From the NCBI GenBank assembly GCA_951406725.2, contig OX597825.1, forward strand, positions 15,748,001 through 15,812,000: DNA of 64,000 bases, given 5' to 3'. Below, piece after piece: positions 11,950 through 26,399 of the stretch. A program made the translations under genes and the position numbers. The notes under the pieces are model-generated. The model had not been told where the DNA came from. It did not search any database and saw nothing but the letters and a program-made list of their open reading frames with translations. The stretch's first letter is position 1. Each line of letters begins with the position of its first letter. The DNA is from Octopus vulgaris (Eukaryota).

Positions 11950-13190
11950 ATTGCTCAGTATCACCTGCAAACGATGGAATTCTTAATCCACAAACAATTG
12001 TAAAATCTATTTGTAGTTTACCTATTCTCTTTGACTTGGTTCAGTCACTGAGCTGTGGTATCAACTCACCTCGAAAAGGTATCTCGGTTCCCGACCAAAC
12101 CATAGCATGGATGATCTTCTGCTACTCCTGAGACACGAAACAACTACTTTTATGCTGATCAGAAGCTATGCGCTATTAGCTTAGGATAACAAAGAGCTTT
12201 TGGCAGAGTTTGGCGCAACAGATTCCACACCTATCTCGAATCCAAGAGAATACATGAGAAGATGTTAAAGGAGCCTCAAACTATCTTAACAGTAGGAGGG
12301 ACGTTAAAGTCACCCTTTCATATCAACACACTGTTCTCTCAATTACTAATGCACTGGACCCACTTCTGTTCTCAGTCTTCGGTTAATGCTTATACAAAAT
12401 GAGCCGCACTACGACTCTACGCTGTTTGCACTGACGAGATCAACAGAAGAAAGGAACGTAGTATCAGCTGTCTTAAAGAGAAACCTAGTCAGGATGAAAG
12501 TCTAAGCTGACGATTGGAAAGTATCATTTGAGCCATCAAAATGTGAAGTAACAAATCAATCAAGTAAAATGTTCGCATCAAACCTTGAATTACACTTTAG
12601 AGATTATAAGCTGCTTTGTTAAAGCAGCTTGATATTCTAGATGTAAATATAGCCAGCAGGCTTGAGTGGGTGAGACGTATCTGATTATATGTAATAGAGC
12701 TGTACAGATGTGTGAGGTTCTATGAAAAATGAAGGCAAGCTCAACAAGGAAGTTAGATCCGTCGTTTCCTCAAATCCGAAGCATTCTGAGTACGCATGTC
12801 CATGCTGGAAAAATGCCTCCCAGATTATATTTGACCGATTCAATGCAGTCCAAAAGGAAGCCCTTATGAAAATTAAAGTTGATGGAAATGATACTGTGAA
12901 AAAGGTCGTTATAAACAGCTTACAACAAAGGTTCAGTTCCTTATATGGTGCACACGAACGACAATCCACCAGATCTCAAAGCAGTGATACTGGCGTATCA
13001 TGACACCATTTTACAAGTGTCAGTAGATGCATATCTGCATCACTGTCTCTCGATATCCAATGCCAACCATACTCTAGACAAAAGCTTTTTTGCACTTGAC
13101 TCAGAAATTCAAACAAACTTCCAAAAGCTGTTATGTACAAGCTCAAAAAGGTGCGGATACAAACACTGCCGGTCAATGTTGTCATTGGAA
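11950..13190 (+). pseudogene. Highly decayed non-LTR retrotransposon RT and C-terminal region (CR1/Jockey-type)
   Basis: Conceptual peptides ALDPLLFSVF (~12350), RLFA-D (~12420), ADDWKVSFEPSKC (~12506) and SEYACPCWKNASQIIFDRFNAVQKEAL (12786-12866). Confidence 0.7.
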
Positions 13191-13806
13191 TTACATTGAA
13201 CCAGTGAAAGACACGTTGGTTTTCAATAATACAATAATACTATTCACAATTGTATAGCATAGATCCAGTAAAGGAAAGCAAACATCTAAACCATTGTTTT
13301 TCTTGTGCTCCAGGCAGGATTTCGTCAACACAAACGCAGTTCTTTTTATACATGACTTATTCAAGATGATATTTTCATAACAGGCTATCATTTACAGCCT
13401 TTTCTCTTGGATTCCTATACTTGTGAGAGAAATAGAGGAAATTATCCTCAAACTAGATTCCATCTAAGAATACCTGAAGAAGGAATTTTATTCCGAAATA
13501 TTAGACTATGGATGACTAAATTACAACAGGTATATTGCTCAATATTTGTATTATAGTGTATTGTTGTACCATTCAAAACTTTTTATTCTTTACATACATA
13601 CATATATACATATACATATATACATATACATATATATATATACATATATATACATACAAATATATTTATACATATATAAAGGTGAGGTCAATTAGAGGTT
13701 ATAAAAACCGTCTAAAAGATATTTATATCCTTTAGATACTACTACTGTATTACCTATATGTTATTATGAGTATTAGTATTAATGCTTATAAACGGTTAAT
13801 TATTAC

Positions 13807-13807
<1 letters not shown>

Positions 13808-13863
<56 letters not shown>

Positions 13864-13885
13864 TGTAATAATAATAATTGTAATA
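13808..13885. repeat. (AAT)n microsatellite
   Basis: Direct reading. Confidence 0.95.
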
Positions 13886-14053
13886 ATTAAGCCTGATTAT
13901 GCCCAAAATAGCGCGAACAGAAACAGCTGTTAGATGAGATATTGTCTTTTGTTTGTAATCAATAGATAATAACTGATGTTTATCAATTATCAATTTCATC
14001 TTCATTTTCTTATTTTTCCTTAAATACATATATATATATAAATACATACATGC

Positions 14054-14106
<53 letters not shown>

Positions 14107-14429
14107 CATACATGCCTGTATATATATATATATATATATATATAGGAAGAAGACAAAATTATTTGATAAGAAAGCAGGAATGCAAAAAGGAAAGAGAGAT
14201 AGAAAAGGTAAAAGAAAAGCTCCAGAGTGATGTATCAATTGCTGAGGACATTTGGTTCGTTATTGATGTTGTTGTTGTTATTGCTATTGTTGCCGTTGTT
14301 GTTGTTGTTGTTATTATTATTGTTACTGCCGTTGTTGTTATACTTAATCTTTATTGATGTTATTATTATTCTTGTTATTGACACTGCTGCTACTGCTGCT
14401 GTTGTTGTTGATATTATTATTGTTGATCA

Positions 14430-14645
14430 GGAGGCGAACTTAACAACAGAAGCGTTGCTCCGCCGGGGAAAATGCTTAGCAGCATTTCTTCAGATTTAAC
14501 GTTCTGAGTTCAAATTCCGCCAGGGTCGACTTTACCTTTCATCCATTTGGGGTCGATAAAATAAGTACCAGTTAAACACTGGGGACGATGTAATCGACCT
14601 TGTCCCATTCCCCGAAATTGCTGGTCTTGTAGCAAAATTTGAAAT
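14430..14645 (+). mobile_element. Older SINE-A, A2 tail
   Basis: Core present. Tail ...CCCCGAAATTGCTGGTCTTGTAGCAAAATTTGAAA runs into (GTT)(CTT)(ATT) repeats. Confidence 0.8.
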
Positions 14646-14670
14646 TGTTTTTGTTGTTGTTGTTGTTCTT

Positions 14671-14756
<86 letters not shown>

Positions 14757-15353
14757 CATTATTCTTTCAGTGTCAGTTAACTCCTAAATCTTTCCTGACC
14801 CAAAACGTGACCATCCCATCCTGACATCAACACCCTATAAAGCAATATTGTGTCGCTACTTTCCTCTTGCGACCATTGGGACGTAATTTCAAAGACATTT
14901 ATTTAGCTGCTATTTTTAGCAAATCGAGCCTCCACGTAGAAGCAATCTTTGCTTGTTTCTAGGAGGAAAACGAGAAAGGAAAAAAATAACTTAACTACTA
15001 AGTTGTAATGCGCAGTAAACGCCATCCTCGCCGCCATCTTATGACTTTATATATTATTTATTAACAAATGTCATGCCGAAACCTGATTCAAATTTAAAGA
15101 AGAGTATTTTATTGAAGAAAATAAATCAATATATATTTGCTTTTCATTATTTTATTTTTCAAATCAGGCACTTGAAGCCATCCAAACGGTTCTTGTAAAT
15201 AATGTGTAAATTTTATTGCTGCCATTTTATATTGTAGATCTAAAATTTTTCGTTTTTTTTTTTTTAATTTTAAATTTTGCTTTTCTATTGTGTTTAGTTA
15301 AATTTCTGTTTTTGTTTTTGTTTGTTTTTTTTCTCTCTAATTTCTGCGTGTGT

Positions 15354-15430
<77 letters not shown>

Positions 15431-15568
15431 CATTTTTGTTATTTGTTGCTTTTGTGCATTAAAATTAGCGTTTACAAAATAAAACAGAATTGAATTTTTA
15501 AAAAAAAATTAGGTATTATTATGTATACATGTGTGTATATATGTGTGTGTGTTTTTGTGTATGTATGC

Positions 15569-15618
<50 letters not shown>

Positions 15619-15711
15619 GTGTATATATGTATATATATGTTTATGCATATATTTATGTATGTATAAGTATATGTATATATACACATATGTATGTACGTAT
15701 ATATATATATA

Positions 15712-15818
<107 letters not shown>

Positions 15819-16179
15819 ATATATATATATATATGAGTCTAAATGAGTGGGCATGAATGTGTACGTCTATAATAATAAATATGTATATATGTATTATGTA
15901 TTATATGTATAATTATATATGTGTATATGTATGCGTGATTGTGCGTGTGTGTGTGCACGTGTGGTTGTGTGTGTGTGTTTTTAATATCTATATTTATGTC
16001 AAAATATATTTGTATATCTGTGTGAATATAAATATACACATATGCATATATGTGTGTGTATATATAGAGACAGACAGGCAGACAGAAAGAGAAATTATAT
16101 ATTTATATATAAACATACAAATGTATTATATATAAGCAATATACGCATGTGCGAGCGCGTACGCGTGTGCATGCGTTTG

Positions 16180-16218
<39 letters not shown>

Positions 16219-16788
16219 ACGAGCGTCAACGAAAAAATAATTCCAGATAAACACTGTAGATTAATCTGATTAGATGCAAAACGAATTATATACAAAACAA
16301 ATAAACCACGATGATGATGATGATGATGATTGTTATTATAAGAGCATTAATGACGACTACGACGATGATGACGATGATGATGATGATGTCATACCTACAG
16401 GTATTTACGTGAGCATATGCGTTCGCTGTGTATACATATACATGTATCTTTATGTGTGGGTGTTTGCGAGTGTACGTACATGTATGACAATATGACAGCA
16501 TGTATGTATGTAGGCGTTGCGTGCATACTCACGCGCATATTTCATTTTCGATGAAAAGTTTATTAAATCAAGAAATTATGAAAATTATGTTTTATCAGTG
16601 AAACTAAATTATACTATTTAGCTATTACTTGCATTTTAATATTAACTTTTTGTGCACAATCGATTGGCAATCTTATTCTGAACGTCAATAGAATTGTTCT
16701 GAACAGTCAAAGTTTGTCTCCCAACGAACTCATAAAAAGTAATTTATATATGATCTTTAAGGGTCAACTATGACAATTTTATACAAGC

Positions 16789-17806
16789 AAGACACTTTAT
16801 TATTACTCAATGAAGTAATCGCTAACTTATCTAATATATACACCAAGTAAAATAACTTTAATTAATTTAGTTCCTACTTGCATTGAGGAACCATAGATAC
16901 TGGATCGATGCTGAAATCTACCCAAGTCATGCAAGTGCAATGCCTCAAAGCTTCAGATATTGGAGACGGTTGGCACCATAGAAATTTCAATTAATTCTTA
17001 TTTCTTTATTGCCCACAAGGGGCTAAACATAGAGGGGACAAACAAGGACAGACAAACGGATTAAGTCGATTATATCGACCCCAGTGCGAAACTGGTACTT
17101 TATTTATCGACCCCGAAAGGACGAAAGGCAAAGTCGACCTCGACGGAAGTTGAACTAAGAACGTAACGACAGACGAAATGCCTATTTCTTTACTACCCAC
17201 AAGGGGCTAAACACAGAGGGGACAAACAAGTACAGACAAACGGATTAAGTCGATTACATCGACCCCAGTGCGTCACTGGTACTTAATTTATTGACCCCGA
17301 AAGGATAAAAGGCAAATTCGACCTCGGCGGAATTTGAACTCAGAACGTAACGGCAGACGAAATACCTATTTCTTTACTACCCACAAAGGGCTAAACATAG
17401 AGGGGACAAACAAGGACAGACAAACGGATTAAGTCGATTATATCGACCCCAGTGCGAAACTGGTACTTAATTTATCGACCCCGAAAGGATGAAAGGCAAA
17501 GTCGACCTCGGCGGAAATTGAACTCAGAACGCAGCGGCGGACGAAATACCACTAAGCATTTCGCCCGGCCCGCTAACGTGTCTGCCAGCTCGCCGCCTTA
17601 AAGACACTATATTATAACTCAGTGAAGTAATCGCTAACTTATCTAATATATACACCAAATAAAATAACCTTAATTAATCTAGTTGCTACTTGCATTGAGG
17701 AGCGATAGATACTGTATCGATGCTGAAATTTACCCAAATCATGAAAGTGCAATGCCTCGAAGCTTCAGATATTGGAAACGGTTGGCACCACAGAAATTTC
17801 AATTCT
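16789..17806. repeat. About 205-bp direct repeat (16789-16997 and 17600-17806) flanking a SINE-A trimer
   Basis: AAGACACT...GTTGGCACCA(T/C)AGAAATTTCAATT occurs twice, roughly 90% identical by eye. Confidence 0.92.
16998..17599 (-). mobile_element. SINE-A trimer
   Basis: Restart junctions at 17181/17182 and 17365/17366. Confidence 0.92.
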
Positions 17807-17902
17807 TTCTTTCCGCTATTCGGGTACAAAGCACGAAATTTTACTGAGTAAAAAGAATTGATTTCATCGACTCCAGTGCTCGACTGGTATTTATTTTATC
17901 GA

Positions 17903-18385
17903 AAGGCGGCGAGCTGGCAGAAACGTTAGCACGCCGGGCAAAATGCTTAGCGGTATTTCGTCTGCCGTTACGTTCTGAGTTCAAATTCCGCTGAGGTCGA
18001 CTTTGCCTTTCATCCTTTCGGGGTCGATAAATTAAGTACCAGTTACGCACTGGGGTCGATGTAATCAACTTAATCCGTTTGTCTGTCCTTGTTTGTCCTC
18101 TCTGTGTTTAGCCCCTTGTGGGTAGTAAAGAAATAGGTATTTATTTTATCGAAAGGCGGCGAGCTGGCAGAAACGTTAGCACGCCGGGCAAAATGCTTAG
18201 CGGTATTTCGTCTGCCGTTACGTTCTGAGTTCAAATTCCGCCGAGGTCGACTTTGCCTTTCATCCTCTCGGGGTCGATAAATTAAGTACCAGTTACGCAC
18301 TGGGGTCGATGTAATCGACTTAATCCGTTTGTCTGTTCTTGTTTGTCCCCTCTGTGTTTAGCCCCTTGTGGGTAGTAAAGAAATA
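17903..18385 (+). mobile_element. Two full-length SINE-A copies at one site inside an antisense older SINE-A (about 17810-18525)
   Basis: 17-bp target GGTATTTATTTTATCGA occurs three times (17886, 18136, 18386), 250-bp period. The host element resumes at 18403. Confidence 0.92.
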
Positions 18386-18650
18386 GGTATTTATTTTATC
18401 GACACCGAAACGATGAAAGGCAAAGTCGACCTCGACTGAAATTGAACTCACAACGCAAAACTGGAAGACATGCCGCTAGGAAGTTTTGTCCATCACACTA
18501 ACATTTCTACCAGGCAACCATCTTTGCAATTTTAATTGATTAAAATTCCTATACTTCTGCACAGCAATATGCAAAAGAGGACGTGATAGTAAGATAAGGA
18601 ACGAAGAAAATTATATTTCTTAATCTTATAGTTATTATCTTATAGTATGG

Positions 18651-19077
18651 GGATCTTTTCGGTTTGAACGGCAGTTTTAACATAATTTCTAGGTAACTAA
18701 AAAATTTTAAACTTCGCATACTGGTAGAATGTGTTTATAAAACATCTTTTTCTCTTGGCTTTATTGAGAAGATTCTTATAGTTTGGAAGATATTTGTTGT
18801 TTGTTTTCTTCAATTTCTGCAATTTCAACCAATCAATGACCGTCTATTGGGGTGAAAATATTTTGTGCCGTATGAATATGTCCCTCGTTTAAGAAACAGA
18901 TCGGGTTTATTTACATTTCTGAAGAAAAAAAGATAACCTTCCCCCCACCCCTAACCCTAACTAAGCCTAACCCTAAAATAGATTGAAATGCAATAGATCG
19001 ATACTAGGGTCATAATTATGGGTGACAAATTCATATGACACCGCTAGAAAAAACTGCCGTTCAAACCGAAAAGATCC
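18651..19077 (-). mobile_element. MITE (Merlin-like), second copy
   Basis: Same TIRs. 9-bp TSD ATAGTATGG/ATAGTATTG. Internal (CCCTAA)n. Confidence 0.88.
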
Positions 19078-19630
19078 ATAGTATTGCACTTTGGTTTACG
19101 TATGTAACACTGATTTTGAAACAAATGTACGACATAATCTATTTTGCACGCAGTGTTTATATCATTTTTGAGATAACTATCTGATAAACATTGAAGCTCA
19201 ATCGAAAGAGAATCTATCACTGACATTGTATCTATATCATTCGCGAGTAAATTGGACTGATAAATAAACATTGAATTGCCAGATAAATACGTTCGTTTTA
19301 GGGGATATTTTTTCTAATTGACACTCCATCGTCGTATGTTTGAAAGAAGAAAGATTTTTTCAGATTTCTAAAACGGTACACAAAAGTTGTAAAGGAAGAA
19401 AGGAGCAACAAAAACCATAAAACACTACAATAAAAATATTTTACAGTGTTAATTCAAATCATATTAAATTAATTCATTGAATTAATAACATTGAGTTAAT
19501 TCCAATAGCATTGGAAAGGATTAAAATAAATGGAAAATAAAACGAACGAATTTATGTGACAAACCAATGTTTTTAAGTATTTTAAATTATTAAATTAACT
19601 GTAATATAATTATTGATATATCTTTGTGAG

Positions 19631-20018
19631 GTGGAGGCGCAATGGCCCAGTGGTTAGGGCAGCGGACTCGCGGTCATAGGATCGCGGTTTCGATTCCCAG
19701 ACCGGGCGTTGTGAGTGTTTATTGAGCGAAAAAACACCTAAAGCTCCACGAGGCTCTAGCAGGGGATGGTGGTGATCCCTGCTGTACTCTTTCACCACAA
19801 CTTTCTCTCACTCTTACTTCCTGTTTCTGTTGTACCTGTATTTCAAAGGGCCGGCCTTGTCACTCTCTGTGTCACGCTGAATATCCCCGAGAACTACGTT
19901 AAGGATACACGTGTCTGTGGAGTGCTCAGCCACTTACACGTTAATTTCACGAGCAGGCTGTTCCGTTGATTCGGATCAACCGGAAACCTCGTCGTCGTAA
20001 CCGACGGAGTGCTTCCAG
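19631..20018 (+). mobile_element. SINE family C (tRNA head), tail variant 1, 13-bp TSD
   Basis: A-box TGGCCCAGTGG, B-box GTTTCGATTCC. TSD ATATCTTTGTGAG at 19618-19630 and 20019-20031. Confidence 0.9.
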
Positions 20019-20581
20019 ATATCTTTGTGAGAATCCACATTTCGGTGGAGCAACCACCGTAATTCCTTCTCTGTGAACGAGGGTTCAAATCCAGCAATAA
20101 GCACTTTGGAAATAAGGATGCAGTGCAGTGTATCAAGACGTTTTAAACTATTATCAACTGTAGCAGAATAACGCTGAAGGTAGATTATTTCTTCGATTCT
20201 GTTCCATAGTTAAGATTTTTTTTAAACTTCGCTATATATATTATACTTTATATATTATACTTTATATATTATACTTTATATATTATACTTTCAACACATT
20301 TTATAATTTTAATCACGTAGAAATTACTGTAGCACTTTCAGGAATATTTTTATTTCTTCGTGTAAAAAATAATAAATAGCAGATAACAATTCTCAAGGAA
20401 GAAGTGACAAGAAATAAGAAGTGAAAAAGATTATAGGTTTTTTTTTTAATATGCTCTTTCTTAACCTTTCAGTACTTCCTATGTGCATTTTATCCTTTAC
20501 ATCATTTTTCAGAATTAAACACCTAAGAAATAATACAGTTTCAGTAGAAATTACGCATTTCATTGTTCTTCACTATTCACC

Positions 20582-20853
20582 TCCAGCAATCATAGGGCCG
20601 GTTTCCTTGGCGTATAGGTTCCCCACCTGGACGGGACGCCGGTCCGTCGCAGGTGAGCTGCAAGATGCAAGAGGAAAGAGTGAGAGAAAGTTGTGACAAA
20701 AGAGTCAGCAGAAGTTCGCCATTACCTTCTGCCGGAGCCGCGTGGAGCTTAGGTGTTTCGCTCTTAAACACACACATCGCCCTGTCAGAGATTCGAGCCC
20801 ACGATCCCTCGACCACGATTCCGCTGCTCTAACCACTAGGCCATGTGCCTCCA
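20582..20853 (-). mobile_element. SINE-C, tail variant 2
   Basis: Shares the head and CTTTCTCTCACTCT box. Body GCGACGGACCGGCGTCCCGTCCAGG. Confidence 0.85.
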
Positions 20854-20919
20854 CTTCAGCAATCTTAATGTTTACAAAATAACCTTAGAATTTCCACGGT
20901 TACTACTAGTTTTATTCAT

Positions 20920-21320
20920 TGATTTATTTAGCTGTTTTAGTCACTGAACTACAACTATGCTAGGGTACCGTCTTGAAGAAGTTCTTTTTTTTCTCGAAGA
21001 AATCGATCCCAGTGTTTTTTTGTTTGTTTTTTCAAGTGTGTTACTTATCTAACAGTCGCTTTTACCGAACCACTAAATTACGGGTATATAAACAAACCAA
21101 CACCGGTTGTACTGCATTGTGGGGGACAAGCAAAGCACACACACATACCCAAACAGATATATGTGGCTTCTACATAGTTTCCGTTTACCAAATTCACTCG
21201 TAAATAAATTGGTGGGACCAGAACTATTGTAGACAACACTTGCCCAAGATACCGCACAGTTGAATTGAACGCAAAACCAAGTGATTTCAAATTTATCTTC
21301 TTAACCAGACAGCCATACCG
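20920..21320 (-). mobile_element. Diverged SINE-B
   Basis: Recognisable tail, mid-body and head. Confidence 0.7.
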
Positions 21321-22707
21321 TCACGTATATTTATTTCTTGCCAAAGTGGAGACGTTTATTAGAGTGTCGCATAGAATTCCTTGTGGGATTTTTTCTTTTA
21401 CGTTCTGAGTTCAAGTACCGCTGGGTCTCCACTTTGCTTCTCACCACCTTAAATGGAGGCAATACTGGAGTCGGTATAATTGGTCTTACTTCGTCCAAAA
21501 TGAAACGCCGAATGTTCCATCATTTTCTGCACTAATGAATCCAGTGTGTGTTATGAACCCGCATTCGTCGTAAAGAAGTGGTTCTCCAGTGACAAAACAC
21601 ATCAGCAATTAATATCTTCATGTTTGATTCTGCCAGAACGTTTAAAGAATAATAGTTCACCAGACATCGTTCTGATTTCATACTGTTTCGGTTTTTAAAA
21701 TAGTGTACAACTACAAAAGATGAAGTAAAATAACCAGTTTCATAACAAGTTAATAAAAATAAGAAAATGTTTCTGGCGTAAAATTACAACTGAAGATTTT
21801 AATTTTAAATAAGATCACATTAAAACAGACTGTTTCGTACCATACAACCAAAGATGATGTCAGGTGGATTTGTATGAAGAGGGTTAAAGAGAAAAAGCAT
21901 AAAGAGAAGTATGGAAAGAAACAGTGGATTTCAGCTGCTGAGTTGCCATGATTTTGTTCAGCCGCCATATTTTTTAAAGTATTATAGATTCTATAGACAC
22001 AATTATTTAATTTGGTCTCTCTCTATTTTCTTTCCCTGGAACTCTTGACGTCTGCTATCTTACTAAATTGAAAATATCTACTTCTGTCTTGTGTTAAACA
22101 CATCGAGACTGGTGAGGGGGGGCTCACGGTGTAGCATAACCATTCGACCATGCTCTGAACATTTCTATGGAGTAAATTAAGCGCTTTATTATATACTGCA
22201 GGAGCTATTTTAGATATGATTGATAGATCAAGATATTTTCGTTGTTTTGTTGTCATTTTTGTTTCTATTGTTGTATTCTTCTTCCTCTTACTTTTCTTAT
22301 TTGTATTTTACTTGTTATTGTAGTTTTTGTTTTGTTGCTAGCTGTTTTTAATAATGATTTCTACCATCCGGTTTAAATAAATGCGACTGATAAAAACCAA
22401 CCGTGGTTAAATTCTCCTTAGCTCGCATTATTATTTCAGACAGTCAAAAGTTTATAAAGGTTACCAACCACACACATACACAGAGACTGCAGGCCAGAGA
22501 AATTTTTATTAAACAGCTTGGAAATCTTTACTTGTACAGGATATGAGTGGTTGAACTTTGAATGGTGATGTATTTTTCATGTAAGATTTTAACATTTATT
22601 ACATTATCCTCATTGGTTGGTTTTTCGGTTTCACTACAGTTTCCTGGTTGGAACATTTCTTCGTGGCCCATCACCCATACTTGATTATTGTATTCGTCTA
22701 AATCGAA

Positions 22708-23517
<810 letters not shown>

Positions 23518-24309
23518 CTTGCTTTCATCTTGTTACTTTCGTTTTTCTCTCTCGATCTCGATGTTTGCCTCTTTCTCGGTCTCTCTGCATCTTGTCATTT
23601 CTCTCTTTCTCGTCATCTCTTTCTCTCATTCTTCCTGCCTTTATCTTTTTCTCCTTCATTCTTTTTCCTTCTCTCAATTTTTTTTCTCTCAAGTATTGTT
23701 GGATTAATAACCTTTCGACATCCTAACAAATTGCTGTCAAAGATTAATTTCCTTCATAGTTTTAATTATTAATGTTTATGCTGCTGCTAAGAGTGAAACT
23801 TTGACAGATCACCTGTTAATACCATCGCTATGTTCTATTGTTCAGCTGGAATGGCGAAGCTGCAGAAAGAATTTCCTTTGTCTTCACTCGCTTATCCCCT
23901 TCTGCTTTTGGCTTCCTTTGTATCAGCTTAAGATTTCTCTTCGAAAACGGCAATATTTATTTAAATTAATGAAGTTAGTGATTTATTTTGTTATTGGTCT
24001 ATCACTTAAACTTGCTAAATTATTTAGAGAAGAACCGTTGATAAAAAAAAACATGAAGTTGTAGATTAGATACCTGATTATTAAATTTAGACTTAATTGA
24101 ATGCCATTAATATATATATAGAGGAAAAAATACTTAACTATTTCACGAAGTTGAATTACCTCATGGAGCCTGGATTCGAGGTGTTCAGTCTATCACGGGT
24201 AACTCTCCATGAATTAGAGATACCTAACGAAGGAGTATGATGAATAACTAGTCCTGTCCTAAAACAAAATGAAGAGCCTGGACTACACATAATTCGATTT
24301 GGACTCGGG

Positions 24310-24370
24310 TTTTTTTTTTTAGTTTTTTAGTTTCAGCTCAGAGCTGCGGCCATGCTGGTGCACCGCCATT
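24310..24370 (-). mobile_element. Isolated CR1-type/SINE-B-type 3' tail with A-rich end
   Basis: Reverse complement reads GGCGGTGCACCAGCATGGCCGCAGCTCTGAGCTGAAACTAAAAAAC(T)A(n). Confidence 0.7.
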
Positions 24371-25105
24371 TTGTACAACAGGGGTCGCCACCCCACCCCA
24401 CTACCGGAGCCTCGTAGAGCTTTTAGGTGTTTTCGCTCAAATTGCTAAAAAGAGGGTCCCACGGTTTGTTCACTACCACAAACTTCATTGGTGCCGGTGT
24501 TAACAAGCTTGACATTGTAAAATAGTCTGAAAGTCTTTGACAATTAGAAATTTTGTCAAATTGCTATTCCTCAAGTTTGCGTTTTTTAGTAACCACTTTA
24601 CTTTCGTGAATTCCTTTTAAATTGTTATGGATTTTATTCTCGACCGAAAAAAAAAGTGATAATTTTTTTGTTAACCACAGCAAAATAGAACCTAATTATG
24701 GTGGGTGAATGAGATTTAAACAAGGTCAGAATATTTTTATTCAATTTTCCATTTCAAGGATCGGATTATAGCCTAGAGAACAGATGTGTCCATTGACAGA
24801 ATAAAAATATTAAGGAAAAAAACCTTCAGCTCTTCTCAAAATATTAATTGTGTTACGGTTATTGCTTTATAGAAGTTTTTCTGCAAGCTGTTAAAATACA
24901 TCAAATGAAATATTTCCCAATTTTTTTTATCTTACAGAAGTGTTTCTTCATCACTACAAAATCTTACGTGAGCAATTTTACTGAATGCAGTTTGTATTCA
25001 CAGAAAACAAAAACAATGTTAAAATATAGGTGTGAAATAGCGCTTTATTGTCAGTTTGAGGGAAGGTGACTAGTCGATTACAGTAACCCCAGCGCTTGAC
25101 TAGTA

Positions 25106-25620
25106 TTGGGTTGTCCGGTAAGTTCGTGCCGATTTTTAAAGGAAAGAAAAAGGTCAATAAATACTTGCCATTACATTTTTAATCAACCAAATATGAACCA
25201 TTTTGTTTCACAGTGCATCTCCATGGCAAAGAATTCATCATGGTATCTTTTTACGTCATCCGAGGAATTGAATTTTTTACCATTAAGACTCTTCTGCAGA
25301 GGCCTGAATACGTGGAAACCCGAAGGAGCAATATCTGGTGAATATGGAGGGTGGGGTAACACATCCCAGCCGAGCTGCAGCAATGTTTGTCTGGTTCCCA
25401 AAGCATTAGTGCCGAAAATGAACTTTCTTATCTTCCATTTTAAAGGGTTACAGAATTAACACAGGTTATAGGAACATAAACCTTCTTCCATGAAAAGATA
25501 GCTTAAACTCTGCTCTAAACGGAGGTTTAGTCAAATTTTATTTTATGGACACAACCATGTTCTAAAATAAGTCGAAAGTTAAGCTACTATAAATCGGCAT
25601 GAACTTTCCGGACAACCCAA
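25106..25620 (-). mobile_element. Internally deleted mariner (mellifera-subfamily-like)
   Basis: 30-bp TIRs TTGGGTTGTCCGG(T/A)AAGTTC(G/A)TGCCGATTT with TA TSD (25104-5, 25621-2). N-terminus MEDKKVHFRH (ATG at 25438) fused to LGWDVLPHPPYSPDIAPS. Nested in an older SINE-A. Confidence 0.93.
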
Positions 25621-25764
25621 TACTATTTTATCGATCCTGAAAGGATGTGAGGCACAGTTGACGCTGAGTAATTTGAACACTTTACCAAGAGGAATACCAT
25701 TAGGCACTTTGTCCGACGCGCTAACGATTCTGCTAGCTCGCAGCTTTTTAATTTCTTTATAATA

Positions 25765-25982
25765 TTCCTTTCTACTATAGGCACAAGACCTGAAATTTGG
25801 GGAAAGGGAGTCTAGTCGATTACATCGACCATAGTACTCAGCTGGTATTTATTTCATCGACCCCGAACGGATGAAAGGCAAAGTCAACCTCGGTTGATTT
25901 TGAACTCAGAGCGTAAAGACGGAGAAAATGCTTAGTTACATTTTGACCGACGCACTTAACGATTCTGCCAGCTCGCTGCCTC
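25765..25982 (-). mobile_element. Older SINE-A (A2 tail)
   Basis: Reverse-complement head, core and A2 tail. Confidence 0.8.
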
Positions 25983-26399
25983 AAAGTATATTTTAATTGT
26001 TGATATTTCGTAAATTTGAAAGAGAAAAAAGCGCAAATAAAAGAAACAATTTAAAATTCAAAAATACAACAAAAGTATTTAAATTTGAATTAAATACAAT
26101 AATGTTTTTTTAGTTCAAACAAACGAAATATTTTGAATAATAGCAAAAAAACTTTAAAATTAGTATTCATTTTGAAAAAGAAGTTAGTGGGGAAGCAATG
26201 ATTATTCTGTGAATGTTCTCGTACATTTGATCTCAGCCGAAAGATCTATCTGTCAGCGAGATTTTTTCTCGATAAAAGTAATTTTATAATGTAAATTGTA
26301 AAAGTCAAAATGGCAACTCCAGACAATATAAAGAATTTCTTACTTTTTCCCTAAACTCAGACTTGTGAAAGAACAGTACTTTGCATTTGATCTGTCTTT

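Noticed and set aside
13474-13510. Hammerhead CTGAAGA-AGGAATTTTATTCC-GAAA
   Set aside because: Core and stem II are present but I cannot form a convincing stem I. At most a decayed Penelope-type relic.
19631-19710. tRNA genes at SINE heads
   Set aside because: A and B boxes are present but run straight into SINE bodies, with TSDs in some copies and no clean acceptor stem or terminator.
21750-21968. ORF starting with a strong ATGGCGGC context
   Set aside because: No recognisable domain and low-complexity hydrophobic composition. Cannot be supported without transcript data.
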